Shown here one piece after another: positions 13,695-26,565 of a stretch of 64,000 nucleotides of DNA. The translations under genes were made by a program, and so were the position numbers. Each line of letters starts with the position of its first letter. Position 1 is the stretch's first letter. The notes beneath the pieces were generated by a model that saw only the letters and a list, made by a program, of their open reading frames with translations, had not been told where the DNA came from and searched no databases. The stretch comes from Squalus acanthias (taxonomy: Eukaryota), in contig CM059433.1 in assembly GCA_030390025.1 (NCBI GenBank), positions 10,418,001-10,482,000 on the forward strand. The letters are read 5' to 3'.

Positions 13695-14657
13695 ATTGGA
13701 GGTGTGGCAAACAGTGAGGATGATACCAATCGACTGCAACAGGACATAGAAAGGCTCGCAGAATGGGCAGACAAGTGGCAGATGGAATTTAATACAGAGA
13801 AGTGTGAAGTGATGCATTTTGGTAGAAGGAACAGGGAGAGGCAATTTTCACTTAAAGGATAGCAAAATACTGCGGATGCTGGAAAAACGAAATAACAACA
13901 GAAAACGCTGGAAAAACTCAGCAGGCCAGGCAGCATCCGTGTAGAGAGAAACAGAGTTAACGTTTCAGGTCGAAGACCTTTCGTCAGAACTGGAAAAAAG
14001 CAGGAAATGAAATAGATTTAAAGCAAGGATAAAGCTGGGAAAAGGGGGAGGGGATGAAAGAACAAAAGGAGAGATTAAGAGACATTGAGAGACATTAAGA
14101 GATGATCAAGGCAAGAGGAGGTGTTAATGTGACAGGTTGAGGCTAAAAATAGTGTGAACACTTAAAGGCACAGTTTTAAAGAGTGTGCAGGGACAGAGGG
14201 ACCTGGGAGTTAATGTGCATCGGTCCCTGAAGGTGGCAGGACGTATTGAGAGAGTGGTTAACAAAGCATATGGGATCTTGGGCTTCATAAATAGAGGTAT
14301 TGAGTACAAAAGTAGAGAAGTTATGCTGAACCTTTATAAAGTGCTGGTTACGCCACAACTGGAGTATTGCGTCCAGTTCTAGTCACCACACTTTAGGAAG
14401 GATGTGAAGGTCCTTGAGAGGTTGCAGAGGAGATTTACCAGAATGGTTCTGGGGATGGGGGATCTTAGTTACAAGGACAGGTTGGAGAAGCTGGATTTGT
14501 TTTCATTTGAGCAAAGGAGGGGTGATTTGATAGAGGTGTACAAGATTATGACGGGTTTTGATAGGATAGACGAGGAAAGGCTGGATTGCTCTACAGAGAG
14601 CTGGCACGGACTCGATGGGCCGAAATGCCTCCTTCTGTGCCGTTATGACTCTATGAC
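13695..14657 (+). mobile_element. CR1 LINE 3' fragment, degenerate, interrupted by a Penelope-derived fragment
   Basis: LQQDIERLAEWADKWQMEFN, RDLGV, LEYCVQF motifs; CTATGA tail. Confidence 0.9.
13859..14158 (-). mobile_element. Penelope-derived terminal fragment flanked by 10-bp direct repeat CACTTAAAGG
   Basis: Same AAAATACTGCGGATGCTGGAAA...ACAGAGTTAACGTTTCAGG sequence as the end of the GIY-YIG-bearing fragment at 19947-20716; direct repeats at 13849-13858 and 14159-14168. Confidence 0.75.
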
Positions 14658-15837
14658 ACATAAACCAGTAAACGAGTACCCTTGTGATCAATAGGAAAGC
14701 CGAATGCTGCAACTAATTGCTCACATATAGGAAATAGCATCAAACACTGAATGCTCTTTTGGTTACGTTGACTGCTTCTAAACATGGTTACACACATGGA
14801 TAAATTTGAAACAAAAAGTCACCATTACTGTCATGGAACCTCCAGCGAACTAAAATCAAAAACCTTTTGAGTCAGTCTCTCGAGCTGTGCACAAACTGAC
14901 AGCTGGATATACCACAGCGACGTTTAAATTTGTGCCCCTCCCTTGGCATTCTCAAACCTTACTAAAGCTGACAGCAACCCCATCTTGAGAAACTGCGACC
15001 GAGGCACTTTTGGTTGTTAAAAAAACAGAGATGAGTGTAATCGGAATTTTCTTCGAGATGCAGATGTCTTTGATCAAACACTGTATGGCCAATGTCTCAC
15101 AGCTCCTGCTACTGCAGGTGGCGTCCTTCTAACCTTCTCCCCTCCTCTCCTGAGGGCACCTCCTTCCGATTCGGCAGGTGCTGGCAGCCACACAATACCT
15201 CACTCAGGTGGCCATCCCATATGTGTGGGACCACACAACTAGTGCTGGCAGGTAATTTGGCCATGGAAGTATCACAGTCGAGCCTGATTGCTGTGTATTT
15301 CAAGATGATAGAGCAACTCATTGAACTGGATGGGCTGATATTGAAGGGCTGAGGAAAAGATGAAGCACAGAGATCACTCGATATCGACTTCTTCTATGTT
15401 TTTGTGTTACAATATAAATGAAGTTTTATGACGATAAAGTACTTTTCTTTTTTGTTGATCACTAATCAGGATTACAGTTATTCTGACCCTTCACATGCTC
15501 GGAGACAGTAAGAATGACCTCCATTGCCAAATGATTATTCCTGGATGTAACTGCTGGAATCTTGACACATTGTGCGGGAAGAGGAGAAAAAAACAGAGGT
15601 GTAATAACAGCAAATTTCCAATCTGGGATGTTGCTATGACCACCAGTTCAAACCTGCCTGTAGGAGAGCACGTGTAGAGGCGGAGAGCACGTGTAGAGGC
15701 AGAGAGCGCGTGAGTTCCGCTGGCAGGTTCACGTACAGCTACTTACATCCTATTTTGTGCTGAGCCCCAGTAGCTGAATCTGTGTGAGATGAGTTGTTGG
15801 CTCACATCTGGGTGGGCACGTCCATGGCTGCAATGGT

Positions 15838-16535
15838 AAAAGTCGCTGAAAGTAAGCATGCAGGTACAGCAGGCGGTTAAGAAGGCAAATGGTATGTTGA
15901 CCTTCGTAGCGAGAGGGTTCGAGTACAGGAACAAGGATGTCTTGCTGCAGCTGTACAGGGCCTTGGTGAGACCACACCTTGAGTATTGTGTGCAGTTTTG
16001 GTCGCCTTATCTGAGGAAGGATGTTCTTGCCATGGAGGGAGTGCAGCGAAGATTCACCAGACTGATACCTGGGATGGCAGGAATGACGTACGAGGAGAGA
16101 TTGGGTCGATTGGGCTTATACTCGCTGGAGTTTAGAAGAATGAGAGGAGATCTCATTGAAACTTATAAAATTCTAACAGGGCTAGACAGACTGGATGCAG
16201 GAAGGATGTTCCCGATGGTCGGAGAGTCCAGAACCAGGGGTCACAGTCTAAGGATAAGGGGTAAGCCATTTAGGACAGAAATGAGGAAGAATTTCTTCAC
16301 CCAGAGAGTGGTGAACCTGTGGAATTCTCTACCACAGAAGGTAGTTGAGGCCAAGTCATTAAATATATTCAAGAATGAGTTAGATATATTTCTTAAAATT
16401 AAAGGTATCAAGGAATATGGGGAGAAGGCAGGGACAGGGTACTGAGTTTGGATGATCAGCCATGATCTCATCGAATGGCGGAGCAGGCTCGAGGGGCCGA
16501 ATGGCCTGCTCCTGCTCCTATCTTCTATGTTTCTA
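15838..16535 (+). mobile_element. CR1 LINE 3' fragment (same family as 11116-12460)
   Basis: ORF 15858-16445 nearly identical to the C-terminus of the 11199-12308 ORF; TTCTATGTTTCTAT tail. Confidence 0.95.
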
Positions 16536-17047
16536 TAAAAAAAGAAGATAATTGCTGGAAATCTGAAATTAAAAAACCCCCCCAGAAAATGCTGCAAACA
16601 CACTGCAGGTTAGTCAGCACCTGAAAGAAATGAACATTTCAGACCTAACCCTTCACGATGAACAGTTCTGATGAAGGGCCACACCTGTGGTACACTTTTT
16701 AATATTGTTATTATCTTTGGCACAGAAAGAGCCATGTAGGAACAGAGGGACAGGAGGAGGCCATTCAGCCCCTTGAGCCTGTTTCGCCATTCAATTAGAT
16801 CGTGGCTGATCAACTCCATCTACCTGCCTTTGCTCCACTTCCCTTGATACCCTTACCCAACAAATCTATTGGTCTCAGTCTTGAGATTTTCAATTGACCC
16901 AGCATCCACAGCCTTTTGGGGGGAGAGAGTTCCAGATTTCCACGACACTTTGTGTGAAGAACTGCTTTCTGGTTTCACTCCTGAATGGCCTGATTCTAAT
17001 TTTAAGATTATGTCCCCGCGTTCTGGATTCCCCCACCAAGGAAGATA

Positions 17048-17457
17048 GGCCTAAGAAATTCGATGACGCTGTGCCCTTTTCACAGGCGTAAAACGGGCGC
17101 TAAAGCATCCATTATGGCAGGCAGCGTGCGCGCACATCCCACGCTGCAAGTGCACCAGCCGTCATAATGGTATCGGTATCAAAAGAGGTGTCCAGGGCCC
17201 ACGGCTGAAACGGGGGGTGGGCAGACGCAGTCGGCTGCATTCAGGAAGACCAGGTATACACGCGGCCTAATCAGCGGTCCATACAGGGACCACTGCAGGC
17301 TGCCACCAAAAAGGTTTGGTTTATAGTAATACCTGAAAGTGGAGCCGGGTCGAGCAGGAGTGCTCCTCCCAGCTCCGCTTTAAAACCACAAGCCACTGTC
17401 GGTCTCCACGCGCAACTCCTCCCGATTGCAGTTTTGATCCCCCGCTTTTTCTAGGCC
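17048..17457. mobile_element. Probable non-autonomous Harbinger-type element
   Basis: Imperfect TIRs GGCCTAAGAAA / TTTCTAGGCC; GC-rich interior interrupting a CR1. Confidence 0.5.
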
Positions 17458-17626
17458 ACTGTTTCTCTGTATCTACGTTATCGAATTGTTTAATCATTTG
17501 AAATACTTTGATTGGATCATCCCTAAACTCAAGGGAATACAAGCCAAGCTTTAGCAACCTGTACTCGTAATTTAACCGTTTAAGGCCTGGTGTAATTCCG
17601 GTGAATCCATGCTGTACCTTCTCCAG

Positions 17627-17990
17627 TGACACTCCAGCGCAGTGCCGCACTGTCGGAGGTGCCATCTTTCGGATGAGACGTTAAACCGAGGCCCCGTCTG
17701 CTCTCTCTCAGGTGGACGTAACCGATCCCATGGTCACTATTTCGAAGAAGAGCAGGGGAGTTATCCCTGGTGTCCTGGGGCCGATATTTATCCCTCAATC
17801 AACAGAACAAAAAACAGATGATCTGGTCATTATCACATTGCTGCTTGTGGGAGCTTGCTGTGCGCAAATTGGCTGCCGCGTTTCCCACATTACAACAGTG
17901 ACTCCACTTCAAAAATTACTTCATTGGCTGTAAAGCGCTTTGAGACGTCCGGTGGTCGTGAAGGGCGCTATAGAAATGCAAGTCTGTCTG
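17627..17990 (+). mobile_element. DeuSINE/SacSINE1-like SINE, 5'-truncated
   Basis: GCACTGTCGGAGGTGCC..GATGAGACGTTAAACCGAGGCCCCGTCTGC core and GGCGCTATAGAAATGCAAGTC tail shared with at least 6 other copies in the window. Confidence 0.85.
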
Positions 17991-18295
17991 TCCAAAGCCA
18001 ATATATCCTTCCTGAGGTTCGGTGCCCAAAACTGAATGCAGTCCTCCAGATGGGGGTCTGACCAAGGCTCTGTACAACTGAAGCATCGCTTCCTCCCCTT
18101 TGTATTCCAACCCCCTTTGAGATAAAGGCCAACATTCCATTTTCTTTTGGATTGCTTTTTGGACCTGCGCACTAGCTTTTAGTAATTTGTGTACATGGAT
18201 GTAATGTGTTATCACATGGTTTGTCACATGGTGTAGTATGAGCATGCTCAGTTCGCTCTGGCCTAGTAAACAAGCACCTTGACTAGCAACTCATC

Positions 18296-19160
18296 GGGGG
18301 CGATTTTGCCGGCGCTCAGGGGTCTGGTTTGGAGACGGGACTGCTGGCAAAATCAAAAAGATTGGCAGCGGGTCCTGAACCTGCTTCCAACCCACCTCCA
18401 ATCAATCTTCCCAGGAGTCGGGTCCCCGGTTTGCGCTGGGACCCGACTCCTAGCGGCAGGAAGAGGTTTATAACCACTTAATTGCTTGTTACAGGCAGTT
18501 AAGAGGCTTTTTCCAATTTTGACACTTCTACTGCAGGCTTCCCAACATCGGGAAACCCCGCCAGGTTAAGTGAGGCATGCTGTGGGTCTACTGTACTATT
18601 TGTGTATAGATGACAGCTGCAGAAGTGGTGTGAAGGATCCAATGGGACACTGGTGAGTTGCAGAGGTAAGAAAATGTTGGGAAAGTCATTTTTAATGTGT
18701 TTAGAATTTTCTGTACGTGACAAGCTTTGAAGTGTTTGTGTGGCCTCACCTCATTGGGAGAGCCTTTCTCACCAGTGACAGATCACTTCTGTAAACTCAC
18801 CTGCAGCTGCCATCTGTTCTAGTCTAAGGAGAGAGTCACTGGAGAGTCTGGGTACAAGGGCTCATCTTTGTACAGTGATTGTCAATATTTGCAGCACCTC
18901 AATGCTGTCAAACACTGAAAAAATCATGTCAAAAAGAAATGGTAGTGGCCCCTTTAAGAAAACTGGCAGATGACGCGTCCTCAACTGACGTCATCTGACA
19001 CCGGCTTTCTCTTAATTGGCCGGCAAGCCCACAGGGCAGGCTTAACAAGGCCAATTGACGCAAAATATCGTCCGTGCGTCGGACGTCGCTGGGGGCGGGA
19101 CTAGAACCCGAAAGGCAGCAGTCCCGCCCCCAATGCGCCTCTTCAGGTAAGGTCCCAGCC
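18296..19160. mobile_element. Non-autonomous Harbinger-type element
   Basis: Left end GGGGGCGATTTTGCCGGCGCTCAGGGG matches the reverse complement of the right end of the 32752-35506 element; ATC on both flanks; shares GCTGTCAAACACTGA with the 45092 element. Right TIR degenerate. Confidence 0.6.
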
Positions 19161-19177
19161 ATCATGTCTACATTGGA

Positions 19178-19560
19178 TTACATAGGATTACATAGAATAT
19201 ACAGCACAGAAACAGGCCATTCGGCCCAACCAGTCCATGCCGGCATTTATGCCCCACACGAGCCTCCTCCCGTCTTTCCTCACCTTAATCTATCAGCATA
19301 ACCCTCTATTCCCTTCTCCCTCATATGCTTGTCCAGCCTCCCCTTAAATACATCTACACTATTCGCTTCAACCACTCCCTGTGGTAGCGAGTTCCACATT
19401 CTCACCACTCTTTGGGTAAAGAGGTTTCTTCTGCATTCCCTATTGGATTTCTTGGTGACTATCTTATATTGATGGCCTCTAGTTATGCTCTTCCCCACAA
19501 GTGGAAACATTCCCTCTGTATCCACTCTATCAAAATTTTTCATAATTTTAAAGTCTCTGT
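19178..19560 (-). mobile_element. CR1 LINE 3' fragment
   Basis: TRGHQYKI...FTQRVVRMWNSLP motif; close inverted match to 30700-31198. Confidence 0.9.
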
Positions 19561-19667
19561 CCTTCATTTGTTCGACCCACATATATTACAATAGACTTCG
19601 AAAGCCCTTTGCTCCTCCACTGATTTTAGTTCCTCATCATTAAAATTAGTCAGATTTATCTTTCTCA

Positions 19668-21020
19668 GATCCAAAGTTGTTGACCTCACACTTCCCAAAA
19701 TTGAACTCCATCTATCATAGTTTTGCCCACTTACTTAGTCTCTCTATGTCCCTTTGTAACGTTCTCCTCCCATCCACACAACTTACTATGCCTTGTAACT
19801 TAGTGTTGTCTGCAAACTCGGATATACAACTCTCTATTCCTTCATCCAAGTCATTAATATATATGGCGAAAAGATGAGGCCTCAGTACAGATCCCTGGGG
19901 AACATCGCTTGTCACATCCTGCCAATCAGAGAACATTCCCTTTATCAAAACCAAAATACTGCGGATGCTGGAAATCTGAAATAAAAACAGAAAATGCTGC
20001 AAGTGCTCAGCAGGTCAGCCAGCTTCTGTGGAGAGAGAAACAGAGTTAACGTTTCAGGTTGATGACCTTTTGTCAGAACTGGAAAAAGTTAAAGATGTAA
20101 CAGGTTTTTAAACAAGTACAGAGGCAGGGAAAGTGGGAGAGGAGGAAAGAACAAAAGGGAAGGTCTGTGATAGGGTGGAAGGCAGGAGAGATTAAATGAC
20201 AAAAGGGATGATGGTGCAAGGCAAAATGAGATGGTAATGAGGCAAGTAAAGAAACAAAAGCTGGGTCTAGAGGAGGTGTAAATGGGAATTGCAGAATCAT
20301 CAACAGCTGCTGTCCAAAGAAATGGGGGCAGAGGTTATGGTCTGAAATTGTTGAACTCAATGTTGAGTCCAGAAGGCTGTAAAGTGCCTAATAGAAAGAT
20401 GAGGTGCTGTTCCTCGAGCTTACGTTGAGCTTCATTGGAACAGTGTAAGAGGCCGAGGACAGAGAGGTCAGAGTGGGAGTGGAGCGGAGAATTGAAGTGA
20501 CAGGTGACCGGAAGCTCGGGGTCACCCTTGCAGACTGAAGGGAGGTGTTCCGCAAAGCGGTCACCCAATCTGCATTTGTTCTCCCCAATGTAGAGGAGAC
20601 CGCATCGTGAGCAGCAAATACAGTATACTAAATTGCAAGAAGTACAAGTAAATTGCTGTTTCGCCTGGAAGGAGTGTTTGGGGCCCTGGACAGTGGGAAG
20701 GGAGGAGGAGGTGCAACATGCTAGTGACCTCCTCAAAAAGTTCATCAAGATTCGTCAGACATGACCTACCCTTCACAAATCCATGCTGACTCTCTTTGAT
20801 TGACTCATACTTGTCCCAAGTGTTCAGTCACTCTGTCTCTGATGATAGATTCCAGTAACTTCCCCACATGTTAAACTGACAAATCTGTCGTTACCTGGTT
20901 TCTTGAATAATCGAGTGACGTTTGCAATTTTCCAATCCAAAGGCACAATTCCTGAATTTAAAGAGCTTTAGAAAGTTATAACTATCGCAGCTGCAATTTC
21001 CTTGCCTATTTCTTTTAAAA
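19668..21020 (-). mobile_element. Degenerate CR1 RT fragment interrupted by a Penelope element
   Basis: KGRSCLTNLDELFEEVTS (20717-20776) and DVPQGSVL...FADNTKL (19715-19946) on either side of the insertion. Confidence 0.8.
19947..20716 (-). mobile_element. Penelope-like element 3' fragment (second family), GIY-YIG domain
   Basis: ORF 20335-20748: FTCTSCNLVYCICCSRCGLLYIGENKCRLGDRFAEHL...RKLEEQHLIF..GTLQPSGLN. Confidence 0.9.
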
Positions 21021-21021
21021 A

Positions 21022-21530
21022 TGAGAAGTCGCACAACACCAGGTTATAGTCCAACAGTTTTATTTGAAATTACGAGCTTTCGGAGCTCTGCTCCTTCGTC
21101 AGGTACAGTGAGGGAATACAAATCGGTTACAAAGTATATATAGACAGAGAGCAATGTGTCTGCAGAGATACAATCCGTCAGGGAGGCATTACATCAAAGA
21201 CACAGCAGAGTACAGCTAAGACAATGAGGTGGGGTCACAGGGGGTCCAACGTGTCAAATGCTGCAGTCTGCAGTTAGGCTTTTTACTTTTTTTTAAACTG
21301 GAAATCACACCTGTGAACCAGACAACGGCGTCGAGTCATGTCCTGTAGCGTGACATGAAACCGAGATCCCGGTTGAGGCCGTCCTCATGGGTGCGGAACA
21401 TGGCTATCAGTTTCTGCTCGATGATTTTGCGTTGTCGTGTGTCTCAAAGGCCGCCTTGGAGAACGCTAACCCGCAGATCAGAGACTGAATGTCCTTGACT
21501 GCTGAAGTGTTCCTCGACTGGGAGATAACA
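21022..21530 (-). mobile_element. Penelope-like element 3' fragment (family of 10761-13124)
   Basis: Reverse complement aligns with 12510-13117. Confidence 0.88.
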
Positions 21531-21629
21531 AATTTCTTTTAAAGCCCTGAGGTGGAAACCATCAGGTCCTGAAAATATGAAGAAATGACAAAGTTAAGTA
21601 AGAACAAGAAAAAAATCCAGAAAAACAGA

Positions 21630-23515
21630 CATCGGGGGAGTGGCAGTGGGTGGAGCAGGAATGCTGCCATCCTGAGAGAGGGCAGCAGGTTCTTGCTCCA
21701 CAGACCCACTGCCACTCTCCCGGGGTGGTGCCTCAGCATTCCTGGCAATCTGTTGGAGGACAGATTGCTGGCCTGCTGCGACACCCTGCAAGCCCCTTTC
21801 AAGACTTGTAAACCCAGCGACGATGGCAGCAGTCTGAGCTTCCACTGCAGCAGTGAGACGTTGGGCGGCTTCCGCCTGTGCTGCAATGGAAGCCGCGACA
21901 TCGCCCATCGCACACAGGGTCATGGCTGGGTCCACAAGGCCTCTCCTGGAGTTGTCCATCATTTCCATCCTGGGAATCAGGGGCTCCAAGCTCTGCGCAA
22001 AGGCCCGTGCAATGTTGGAGCCGGACTCCTCCATGCTCCTTGACACTGACAAGAGGCTCTCTGCAGGCTTGCCAGTGCACCTGGCATTTCGGTGTGCATG
22101 TCCATCACCCTTCTTCGGGAGGCCACCCCATCGAGGTCATCATCTGAGTCCTGTGGAGCAGAACTTGTGCGTGAACTACCCCTCCGGGGAGCTGGCACCC
22201 GAGCTACCCACCCCCCTGGCCTGGCTGCACCCCACTAGTGCCCGGTGACTCGCCACGTGCAGATTCTGCCTCTATACTGCCCTCTAAATTTTGTGCAGTA
22301 TCGTTTTCTGAGCTGGTGTCTGCAAGTGTCAAATGCAGTGACAGTGTGTCTTCTTCTTCTCATTCGTCTCCACCTTCAGTTTGCTCGAGGTGAGTGATAG
22401 GCTGGGCTGCTGGCAGTTCTTGGGTATCTGAAAGCAGAAAGGCACAAGGGGTCGGGTTGTGGTGAGGGGAACGGGGTGTGGGGGGGGGGAGACAAGATAT
22501 CCATGCATACATCATCAGCAGCTTATACGTGAGAAGAGATTGTGGGATGAGGGGGAAGTGGGATGTGATGTAAGAAAACTACTAGGCACTTGGTCTAAGC
22601 GTTAAACAAAGCTTTAATCAACTGTTTTTCAACATGGAGGTCTAGTTGTGTCCTTCACTAGTTCCTGTCAAAGAATGTCCTGAGCAAGCTGGGCCCATGC
22701 CCGAGTATTTATACTCTCCCTGGACAGTGCCACCAGCAGGCCACCCAGTATTACTTCATAAGTCATTTCCACATGAATGACAAGATTCATGTCAGGATGT
22801 GAGAAGAAGGATTAGGTATGAGCATACCGTCATCATCAGCAACGGTTTCAACTTCTCCGCTGGCCACGGACTCCGTCACTGCCCCTCCAATAATTTCAAG
22901 CACGGATTCCTCCAGGTCGGTCAGGTTCCCTATTGTGCCTTGGCTGCCTCCCGTCCGCTTTTGCTCCCTTCTGTTATGCGCCACCTTGGCCTGCAAGAGA
23001 AAGGGAAGTGTGACAGTGAGTGTGGTGCAATGCGTTTGGGTGATGTGCCTGCCATAGTTGAATAGCTGCCAGTCTGTGCAAGGTGTGAGGTGTGGGTGTG
23101 AGTGTTGCAGCAGTGGTAAGCGTGTGAGGGCGGCGTGAAGCTATGATTGTGAGGTGTGAGTGGTGATAGCTGGAGATTGTTGGTAGTTGAATGATGGGGG
23201 TGTGGTGCATTGAGCAGTGTGTGAGGCTTGTGGTTCAGATGGCGGGATATGGCATTTGCTGAAGCCTTCACCCACCTTCACTAGCCGTGTGAGGTCATTA
23301 AACTTTTTTCGGCACTGGATCCAGATCCTTGGGACCACACTGGTGGCCGTGACGGAGTCAGCAATCTCCTCCCACAAGCTTCTGCAAATGGCCTTGGATG
23401 GCCTCTGGCCTCCCTGGGGGTAGAGGACAGCCCGCCTTCTTTGCACCGCCAGGACGAAGGCCTCCAGTGCCGCATCTGAAAACCTTCTTGCTCGCTCCCT
23501 AGGTTGTTGTGCCAT
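21630..23515 (-). pseudogene. Harbinger-associated Myb/SANT-like (MSANTD-type) DNA-binding protein gene: exon1 23515-23276, exon2 22990-22828, exon3 from 22427 (disrupted)
   Basis: Exon1 RFSDAALEAFV...LWEEIADSV...WIQCRKKFNDLTRLVK with AAG|GT; exon2 AKVAHNRREQKRTGG...LTDLEE with TTGCAG acceptor and G|GTATG donor; downstream helical C-terminus broken across frames. Confidence 0.75.
22566..22794 (-). mobile_element. Solo LTR (229 bp), Gypsy family related to the 45569 element
   Basis: TG...CA ends, 5-bp TSD GGATG (22561-22565 / 22795-22799), 9 differences from the copy at 38901-39129. Confidence 0.92.
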
Positions 23516-23699
23516 GGCTTGCTCCTCAATGACAATGAGGTGCTTCTGTGACAAAGCACCTCCCCTTTAAGTAGTGCAGAGAGCCGAGGTCAAGCTTGAT
23601 TGGCCATTAGACCGCACCCGGTATTGACCTCACTGTTCAGCACTAAGCCAATCAGCAGCGCGTTTAGTGCCGAGATCAGCGGTCCAATCATTATAATGA

Positions 23700-23805
23700 C
23701 AAGAGACTGTAGGTCCCGCATTGGACTCATCAGTCACCTGCGAACTCATTTTTAATGTGGAAGCAAGTCATCCTCGGTTCCGAGGGACTGCCGAAGAAGA
23801 AGAAG
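23700..23805 (+). mobile_element. RTE-clade LINE extreme 3' fragment
   Basis: Encodes RDCRSRIGLISHLRTH (RTE-type C-terminal Cys/His motif), (GAA)n tail, 7-bp TSD ATAATGA (23693-23699 / 23806-23812). Confidence 0.8.
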
Positions 23806-24364
23806 ATAATGAGCAGATGGCACGAATTGTGCGTGCTGCCTGCACCACTTAGAACGGGCGCAGGCAAATAGCGCTGGCCCGTGACACCGCCCATTTTCAG
23901 GCCTCACCCAATTTCTCGGCCCATGTCTTTCCTGCCGCCAGTTTTAGGGATTTGTCAAGCCCCTGGCAGTTGCACAGTGGGTTTGCAGCCCAGCTGTATA
24001 AGAATCACACTTTGGGAAATGGCTGTTTGAGAGCTGGTCTCGTGCAGTGTAACAGCAGCTAAAAGTGAGTCATTATCTCTGGTCAGATAGCATTATGTGG
24101 TTGTGGGGAAATCTGTATCAAATTGTAAATGCAACATGAGTGTGTGGTCTAGACTTGTTATTTTAACAAATCATTACTGCTGTCTGAATTACTCATATGG
24201 ATCTGCATGATCATCTGTCTCTTATTTGTTGTGTGACTGATGCTGTGGTGGGTATCTAGGGTCTATATGTCTCCATTAATAAAGCTGATTTGGTTTGTAC
24301 GGGCACATTACAATACAAAATAAATTCGCACAGATCTGTCCCGTTTCTCACTACACACGCCTTT

Positions 24365-24808
24365 TAAAAAAAATTTGTTTATGTGATGTGGGCGTCGCTG
24401 GCAAGGCCGGCATTTATTGCCCATCCCTAATTGCCCTCGAGAAGGTGGTGGTGAGCCGCCTTCTTGAACCGCTGCAGTCCGTGTGGTGAAGGTACTCCCA
24501 CAGCGCTGTTAGGGAGGGAGTTCCAGGATTTTGACCCAGCGACGATGAAGGATCGGCGATATACTTCTAATTCAGGATGGTGTGTGACTTGGAGGGGAAC
24601 TTGGAGGTGGTGGTGTTCCCATGTGCCTGCTGCCCTTGTCCTTCTAGGTGGGAGAGGTCGCGGGTTTGGGAGGTGCTGCCGAAGAAGCCTTGGCGAGTTG
24701 CTGCAGTGCATCTTGTAGATGGTACACACTGCAGCCACGGTACGCCGGTGGTGGAGGAAGTGAATGTTTAAGGTGGTGGATGGGGGGCCAATCAAGCGGG
24801 CTGCTTTG
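24365..24808 (-). mobile_element. LINE 3' fragment (CR1/L2-group family distinct from the main CR1)
   Basis: LHHRRTVAAVCTIYKMHC...SKSWNSLP...LQRFKKAAHHHLL; second copy at 54072-54408 and a tail fragment near 28195-28295. Confidence 0.75.
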
Positions 24809-25678
24809 CCTGTGTAAAGCTAGGCTGAAGGTATTTCTATTTACCCAAAACTAAATGGTCAGCTCAGTGAATTAAGAGGTGTCTCATTGAATATTCCCCG
24901 CACGTGGTGACTGATTTTTTTTTTCAAGACTTGCAATGTCACAAGGCCAATTGTACCTCACAAGTAATCTGCACATCAGCCTTGTTACCTTATTTAAGTA
25001 CATTGGAATAACAAGTCTGCCGTTGTGAGGGCTTGCATCAATGTGAAACCTGGGTGCAGAGGTATAATTAAACATTCTTCATGCCATCCTGTCACGGTCT
25101 AATATGCAGCCAATTTCTCATGGCAGCTTCAACCCATTCTAACGTTCTGCCACATGTAACGAAGGCTATTATAAATTTCCTTTTAGCCGAGGAGGATTCT
25201 TAGTGTGGCTTCTTTGATTATTTTCTCAATCTTTCTCCCCTTCTGTCTTGAAGGTGCAGATTCATTAACTGTGCGGTACAGTTCTATGGGCACCAGAGGC
25301 TCTCTGGTACCTTGTCTGATTGGCCTTCCTTCATGCACGAGCCTTGACAGTATCAGCAGGCTACACGACCATGGGGGCGGATCATCGTTGGTGAACCCGA
25401 CCCAACGTCCACATACAGCACATTCCAGCAGAGACTCGCTCCCTTACCCTTGGGTACTGAGGTTAATCATCGTACTTTACCACACACTTTGCTAAGATCA
25501 GCTACTTCAGTACATACTGGGATCATTTCAGACAGCAATTAGGAGTGGAAGTTTTAGTCAATTTTTCCCCCTCCCTAGTTCAGAACCACTGCAAGTAAAC
25601 TGCAACGCCACTATCACAGGTGACGTTAGACTATCTGAGCACAGACCACAGACTGAAGATGGAACCTTCGCTTTTCAT

Positions 25679-26137
25679 AAAGAAAGACTTGCATTTCTAT
25701 AGCGCCTTTCACGACCACCGGACGTCTCAAAGCGCTTTACAGCCAATGAAGTACTTTTTTTGAAGTGGAGTCACTGTTGTAATGTGGGAAACGCGGCAGC
25801 CAATTTGCGCACAGCAAGCTCCCACAAACAGCAATGTGATAATGATCTGTTTTTGTTATGTTGGTTGAGGGCTAAGTATTGGCCAGCACACCGGGGATAA
25901 CTCCCCTGCTTTTCTAAGAAATGGTGCCATGGAATCTTTTACATCCGCCTGAGAGAGCAGACGGGGCCTCGGTTTAATGTTTCATCTGAAAGACGGCACC
26001 TCCGACAGTGCGGCACTCCCTCAGCACTGCACTGGGAGTGTCAGCCTAGCTTTATGTACTCAAGTCTCTGGAGTGGGACTTTGAACCCACAACCTTCTGA
26101 CTCAGAGGCGAGTGTGCTACCCACTGAGCCACAGCTA
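25679..26137 (-). mobile_element. DeuSINE/SacSINE1-like tRNA-derived SINE, full length
   Basis: tRNA-like head (GCTCAGTGGGTAGCAC...GGGTTCAAAGTCCC) plus shared core and tail. Confidence 0.88.
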
Positions 26138-26154
26138 GCCATCACTCCCTCCAG

Positions 26155-26565
26155 CGCACACATACACAACACACACAACACACATGTACAACACACACAC
26201 ATATGCACAACACACAACAGACACACATACATACACAACAAACATACGCAAGATACACAACACACACACACACAAGTACAATACAAAACACATATAAGCC
26301 TGATTAGTTTCAAAACTTTATTCAGACTCTTCTGTTTTCCCCAGTGGTGTGTTTTCCAAGTTTCTCACTGACTAAAATACATCTCAACCCACACACCACC
26401 CGCCCCCCACCCCCAGCCCCCACCCACCCACCCCCAGCCCCCACCCACCCACCCGCCCCCGCCCACCCACCCACCCGCCAGCCCCCACCCACCCACCCCC
26501 CGCCCCCCGCCCACCACCCACCCGCCAGCCCCCGCCCACCAGCCCCCCGCCCCCCACCCCCGCTG
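26155..26565. repeat. Low-complexity CA-rich tract followed by C-rich (CCCA/CCCG) tract
   Basis: Direct inspection: 26155-26290 (CA)-rich, 26385-26565 C-rich. Confidence 0.9.

Larger units (their letters stand above)
16733..18200 (-). mobile_element. Old CR1 3' fragment with nested MITE-like element (~17048-17457) and SINE (17627-17990)
   Basis: CR1 3' UTR at 16733-17042, RT remnants at 17460-17626 and 17991-18200 (LQLYRALVRP; LEDCIQFWAP). Confidence 0.75.
21630..23922 (-). mobile_element. PIF/Harbinger-type element carrying a spliced Myb/SANT-like gene, one end truncated
   Basis: Terminal sequence AATTTCTCGGCCC at 23910-23922 resembles other TIRs in the window; encodes a Myb/SANT-like domain; hosts a solo LTR and an RTE fragment. 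Confidence 0.8.

Noticed and set aside
15660..15712. Short ~19-bp tandem repeat with CACGTG E-boxes
   Set aside because: Fewer than three copies and no supporting promoter context.
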